From NCBI GenBank assembly GCA_040225955.1, contig JBECUL010000011.1, positions 1 to 53,393 of the forward strand: 53,393 nucleotides of DNA. Reading direction: 5' to 3'. The notes below the pieces were generated by a model. The model was not told the DNA's origin and ran no database searches. It was given only the letters and a program-made list of their open reading frames with translations. Source of the DNA: Candidatus Asgardarchaeum abyssi. GTDB taxonomy: Archaea; Asgardarchaeota; Asgardarchaeia; Asgardarchaeales; Asgardarchaeaceae. Position numbers and translations under genes: made by a program. This document shows positions 49,668 through 53,393 of this stretch, piece by piece. How positions within the stretch are numbered: the stretch's first letter is position 1; each line of letters starts with the position of its first letter.

Positions 49668-50249
49668 TTAGGGCATTATAAGTTGTTTAGCGAGAACTTC
49701 AAAAAGTCTTTCAACATTTTGGCCAGTTTTAGAGGAAACTATAATATATTTGAAGTTTTTTTCCTGAGCAAAAGTCTTTATTTCGTCATAATTAATAGCT
49801 CTTTCTCTAATTAAATCCGCTTTATTTCCAACTAAGACAAAATTGCGAGCTACATCAGGTCTCTTACCAAAATCAACTTTTAGTTCTTTCTCAACAGCCG
49901 GAACCCAAAATTTTTTTAGATCATCAAAAGAGATAGGTTCAGTTAGGTCAAAAACAAAAAGACCGCCAGAAGCCCCTTTAAATAGCCTTAGCATTAACTG
50001 CCGAAATTGCTCTTGCCCAGCAAAATCCCAAAGTTGCAAAACAACCTCGAATAAACCATTTTCTAATTCCACATTAACTCTCTTCACAAAAAAAGCAGCT
50101 CCTATTGTAGACTTAAGAGTAGTAGGGTCGGGGAACTCACCAGTGACGGTTCTATAAATTAAGCTGGTTTTTCCAACACCAGTGTCACCCATTACTAATA
50201 TCTTAAAAATTTTCTTAGTATACTTCTGCGACATTTCGATATTACTCAC
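49668..50249 (-). CDS. Rab-like small GTPase
   Basis: G1 GDTGVGKTS, G2 STIGAAF, G3 WDFAGQE, G4 GNKAD, G5 SSKTG; no C-terminal Cys. Confidence 0.92.
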   Translation of the reverse strand: MSNIEMSQKYTKKIFKILVMGDTGVGKTSLIYRTVTGEFPDPTTLKSTIGAAFFVKRVNVELENGLFEVVLQLWDFAGQEQFRQLMLRLFKGASGGLFVFDLTEPISFDDLKKFWVPAVEKELKVDFGKRPDVARNFVLVGNKADLIRERAINYDEIKTFAQEKNFKYIIVSSKTGQNVERLFEVLAKQLIMP

Positions 50250-50364
50250 ACTCCAAGGGCGCTAAAATACGAAAATTAAAATTTTATTCATACATTAACG
50301 CATAATTGATAATATTAATTTATTTTATAATATTTTTTCTTATTGCCACAGAAAAGATTCTCTA

Positions 50365-51384
50365 TTAAAACGTTCTTTTATAAGCAAAAATTGCAAGGTG
50401 CCTTAGAATTTTTATATACTTGTTCTCAGGAAAAGTAGATATCTCCTCTAACGCTCTGTTAATAAGATTTTCTGCCTTCTTCATAGCACGATCTACAGCA
50501 CTAGTTTTCCTTATAAGACTAATAGCTTCATTTATATCATCATCCGTCGGACTCTGTTTTTTCAAAATTTCTAAAATTCTATCTGCTGATTGTTTATCCA
50601 GTTCCTGAAGCGCATATACGATCATTATGTTCCCTAATTTATGTTCCTTAATATCCTTTCCGGGCTCTTTTCCTAATTTTTTCGGGTCACCAAACAAATC
50701 TAAATAGTCGTCTGTTATTTGAAATGCAAGACCTACATTCCATCCGAAAACGCCAAATTTTTCAATTGCTTCATCAGAAGCATCAGCCGCGATAGCGCCA
50801 GCTTTACAACTAGCACTTATGAGAGAAGCCGTCTTTCCACCAATCATCCTTAGGTAATCATCCTCGCTAACACTTCTAAATTGATATTTTGAGAAGTAAT
50901 CACCCTCTCGCCCAAATTGTTCAAATAATATGTCTAACCGTTCTCCCTCAATCATGTACATTATTGTATCAGAAACCAAGTCCGCAATTTTTAGTGGATT
51001 TGGACTTTTAAGTATAGCTTTTTCGATAGCCTCTCTATAATGCAACGAAGCAAGTATGGCAAACTCTAAACCATATTTTTTCCATACTGTTGGTTTCCCT
51101 CTCCTTAAAATGGAGTGGTCTATTATATCATCTACGATTAATGAAAAATTATGAATCAGTTCAATAGCAGCTGCTGGATACATAGCGTCTTCTTTTTTGC
51201 CCCCAAGTGCTTCACATACTATTATTGTAAGAGCAGGCCTTAGTCGCTTCCCACCAGCTAAAATCTGATGTTCCAAAACTTCTATAAAGTCCTTAGATGC
51301 GTTAATTCGCAGAACCTCAATCATATATTTTTCAACATCTTTACCTTTCATCATAAGTTCTCTTAACACTTCAGATTCTGGCAT
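50365..51384 (-). CDS. Polyprenyl synthetase (geranylgeranyl diphosphate synthase)
   Basis: GGKRLRP, FARM LIVDDIID..RRG, GKTASL, SARM FQITDDYLD, GKDIKE. Confidence 0.92.
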   Translation of the reverse strand: MPESEVLRELMMKGKDVEKYMIEVLRINASKDFIEVLEHQILAGGKRLRPALTIIVCEALGGKKEDAMYPAAAIELIHNFSLIVDDIIDHSILRRGKPTVWKKYGLEFAILASLHYREAIEKAILKSPNPLKIADLVSDTIMYMIEGERLDILFEQFGREGDYFSKYQFRSVSEDDYLRMIGGKTASLISASCKAGAIAADASDEAIEKFGVFGWNVGLAFQITDDYLDLFGDPKKLGKEPGKDIKEHKLGNIMIVYALQELDKQSADRILEILKKQSPTDDDINEAISLIRKTSAVDRAMKKAENLINRALEEISTFPENKYIKILRHLAIFAYKRTF

Positions 51385-51580
51385 AGATTACAACTCCTTA
51401 TCGTTTGAGCATTTTTCTCTCGTTAACATACTATTTATAATTTTTTAAAAGAGAAAGGAAAAGAAAGGGACAGTATATTAATATTATAATTTTTTAAAAA
51501 CTAGTAATTAATTTTTATTTTTGACGTGGGTTAAATTTGGCTAATTAACTAAAGGTTACAATATATAAGTGTGATGAAAA

Positions 51581-52099
51581 ATGAAAATAATTCCTACGCA
51601 TGGTATTGCTTATTTTATAGTTACTAAAAGTCAAGGAATAAATGAAATTCTAGAGTTTACATACTATGATGAAGAAGAGTATTTCCCCAAGATTCTTCAT
51701 AACCAAAAAGATTTTGAGAGAGAGGTTAACAACCTATGGAGTAATATGCAGCACTTTCTGGATAAGGAAAAAATCGTCATTAATGGAGAACATATAATGC
51801 CAGAAGTGACCTTTGTAGACGTAATACCGCGAGGTATTTCTACTGTAACAACAATTATTTATCATATTGCCATGCCCGCAAATATAATATCAGGAGATAA
51901 TGTATTTGAAACTTGGACTGATGAAGAATCAACAGAATATGATTTTGATATTGTTTGGATTTTTCCCACTAAATGCACAATTAAGGAAGTGTTATCTAAA
52001 CTCGATTTTGAAATCTTTGGAAATAAGCTATTACTTTGGGCAAGAAAAGGGGATGTTGTAGGAGGCTATGAAAAAATTGTTGTAAATATAGAAGATTGA
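51581..52099 (+). CDS. Hypothetical acidic protein
   Basis: 172-aa ORF with a GTGATG SD-like motif; no motif recognised. Confidence 0.65.
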   Translation: MKIIPTHGIAYFIVTKSQGINEILEFTYYDEEEYFPKILHNQKDFEREVNNLWSNMQHFLDKEKIVINGEHIMPEVTFVDVIPRGISTVTTIIYHIAMPANIISGDNVFETWTDEESTEYDFDIVWIFPTKCTIKEVLSKLDFEIFGNKLLLWARKGDVVGGYEKIVVNIED

Positions 52100-52180
52100 A
52101 AACATCGCTATTAATAACGATGATTGCCTAACAAAACTGTTCTTTTTGATGAAAATCTTTAAATGTTTTTATGAATAAAT

Positions 52181-52353
52181 ATGAGCATACGGCAGTAAAA
52201 GAAAACTTTATACGCTCAAGCAGGCAAGTGAAATACTCGGAGCCCACCGAAAACAATTCAACGGTGGGATAGAGAGGGGAAATCCGAGTCGTTAGAGCGC
52301 CGGGAGGCAGAAGAAGAATACCCGAAAGCGAAATAAAGCGGATTCTCGGCTTC
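52181..52353 (+). pseudogene. IS607-family tnpA N-terminal HTH remnant (frameshifted)
   Basis: Joined across single-base deletions it reads LYTLKQASEILGAH / TIQRWDREGK / IRVVRAPGGRRRIPESEIKRILG, the MerR-like HTH of IS607 serine recombinases. Confidence 0.8.
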
Positions 52354-52701
52354 TTTAAGTTAAAACCTTGGCGTGTAATAAATAACATGCTGAAAGACGC
52401 TGTAAGGGCAAATTTTAGCTTCGAAACACCCCTTGCGGACACGACTCTGAGCTGTATCCTATGGCCGATACCTATTATTTCAAACAAATATCTATTATTT
52501 TAAGAAAATGTTTGCTCGAAATATTCCAATTGCATCATAAATAAACTATTAAAAGTTTCAAAATTTCGAAACTAAAAAATTAAAAAAAGACTTTAAAAAC
52601 CTTCTTTTGAAAAATAGAACCGTAAAAATACCCTATTTCAATAGAAAAGTTTTTATATGGGTTTAAATATAGAGATAAGTGATAGAATTGGAAGTGGTTG
52701 T

Positions 52702-53211
52702 ATGGTTGTGAGGTATGCCGGGCCTAAGGGCTTGGGTTTGTGGCTTCAGAAGACCCACAGGAGCATGAGGAGGACAGAGCAGGAGCTCCAGGTCAGGGAG
52801 TTGCTTGAGTCCTTGGGTTTGGAGTTTGAGGAGCAGTATCCGATAATGCTGGGGAGCAACGAAGGGCGTCCCGGGGTGAAGTTAGAGGAGGGTGTGAGCT
52901 GGGTTGTGGTTGACTTTTTCATAAGGGTAAATGGCGAGGACTACGTGCTTGAGTGCGCGAGGCTGACGAGGGGGACGGATAGGCAGCACATGATGATGCG
53001 TGCACGTCAGAGAGCCGCATTTTTTGAAGTTAGGTTTTTCGAGATCAAGAGGAGATACGACATGGGGTGTATAGCGTTAATAGAGGCGCCGGAGCCGAAT
53101 CTTGCAGATTATCTTCGTCCCAGGATTCCGCATGCCGATTTTGTAGTGGATAGCATAGATAGTCTGAGAGAGATACTCATAGGGTTAGCAAATAGGCGTG
53201 CACAACATTGA
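52702..53211 (+). CDS. PD-(D/E)XK-fold nuclease-like protein (Vsr/DUF559-like), GC-rich
   Basis: RTEQELQVRELLESLGLEFEEQYPI..VVDFFI..YVLEC; sharp rise in GC relative to host. The ORF track starts at 52657; the ATG at 52702 is preferred. Confidence 0.55.
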   Translation: MVVRYAGPKGLGLWLQKTHRSMRRTEQELQVRELLESLGLEFEEQYPIMLGSNEGRPGVKLEEGVSWVVVDFFIRVNGEDYVLECARLTRGTDRQHMMMRARQRAAFFEVRFFEIKRRYDMGCIALIEAPEPNLADYLRPRIPHADFVVDSIDSLREILIGLANRRAQH

Positions 53212-53217
53212 GAGGGA

Positions 53218-53393
53218 GTGAGGAAGTCATCAGAGACGATTAGGCTGACTGACGTAATCGGAGGACTGACCGAGGACTTGATAACCATAGTCGGCCATTT
53301 CGCAGGAAAGCTATACGGTATGCGTTCTCGCAAATACAAAAGGCTCAAAGAGGTGTGAAAAGCTCATCGAGGAGATTGAGCGTGAAAATCGTC
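53218..53393 (+). mobile_element. IS607-family tnpA C-terminal remnant and probable start of a downstream tnpB
   Basis: [29 protein letters not shown] matches the IS607 TnpA C-terminal helix (EDL..I...F.G.LYG.RS..). A GTG at 53382 opens a frame that runs off the window edge. Confidence 0.75.

Noticed and set aside
49668-51384. GGPP synthase next to the Rab-like GTPase as a prenylation module
   Set aside because: The GTPase has no C-terminal Cys and no prenyltransferase is present; GGPP synthase is needed for archaeal lipids anyway
52128-52487. 119-aa minus-strand ORF
   Set aside because: Antisense shadow of the frameshifted IS607 tnpA remnant
1-53393. CRISPR arrays, rRNA, tRNA and the many short antisense ORFs in the track
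   Set aside because: No regularly spaced direct repeats or recognisable stable-RNA sequences were seen by eye; the short ORFs overlap well-supported genes on the opposite strand

Overview
AT-rich archaeal chromosomal segment, probably a whole contig broken at IS elements at both ends. The gene content is typical of archaea: AMP phosphorylase, ribose-1,5-bisphosphate isomerase, IorAB, pyruvoyl arginine decarboxylase, GGPP synthase and GAGGTG Shine-Dalgarno motifs. Eukaryotic-signature-type proteins (a Rab-like GTPase, a Rab-fold pseudo-GTPase, a longin-like protein) suggest a thermophilic Asgard or Asgard-related lineage; this is an inference. Most of the window is housekeeping: FeoAB, a Zn/Mn ABC operon with a DtxR regulator and palindromic operators, speD-speE, a biotin-dependent carboxylase cluster with birA, tdh, an ABC exporter and a large surface protein with three GIFT/DUF4350-like repeats. 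The highlights are (1) a glycine-motif-less pseudo-FtsZ, (2) a single-chain RaSEA-like radical SAM/ArcS(DUF5591) fusion, (3) a candidate uORF overlapping the start of speD, with a possible K-turn hairpin further upstream, reminiscent of eukaryotic polyamine control of AdoMetDC, (4) an orphan TnpB 3'-end/omegaRNA fragment embedded in-frame in a host ORF, and (5) split IS607 tnpA remnants flanking a GC-rich Vsr/DUF559-like nuclease gene. No tRNA, rRNA or CRISPR array was recognised. All family assignments come from motif recognition by eye, not from database searches.
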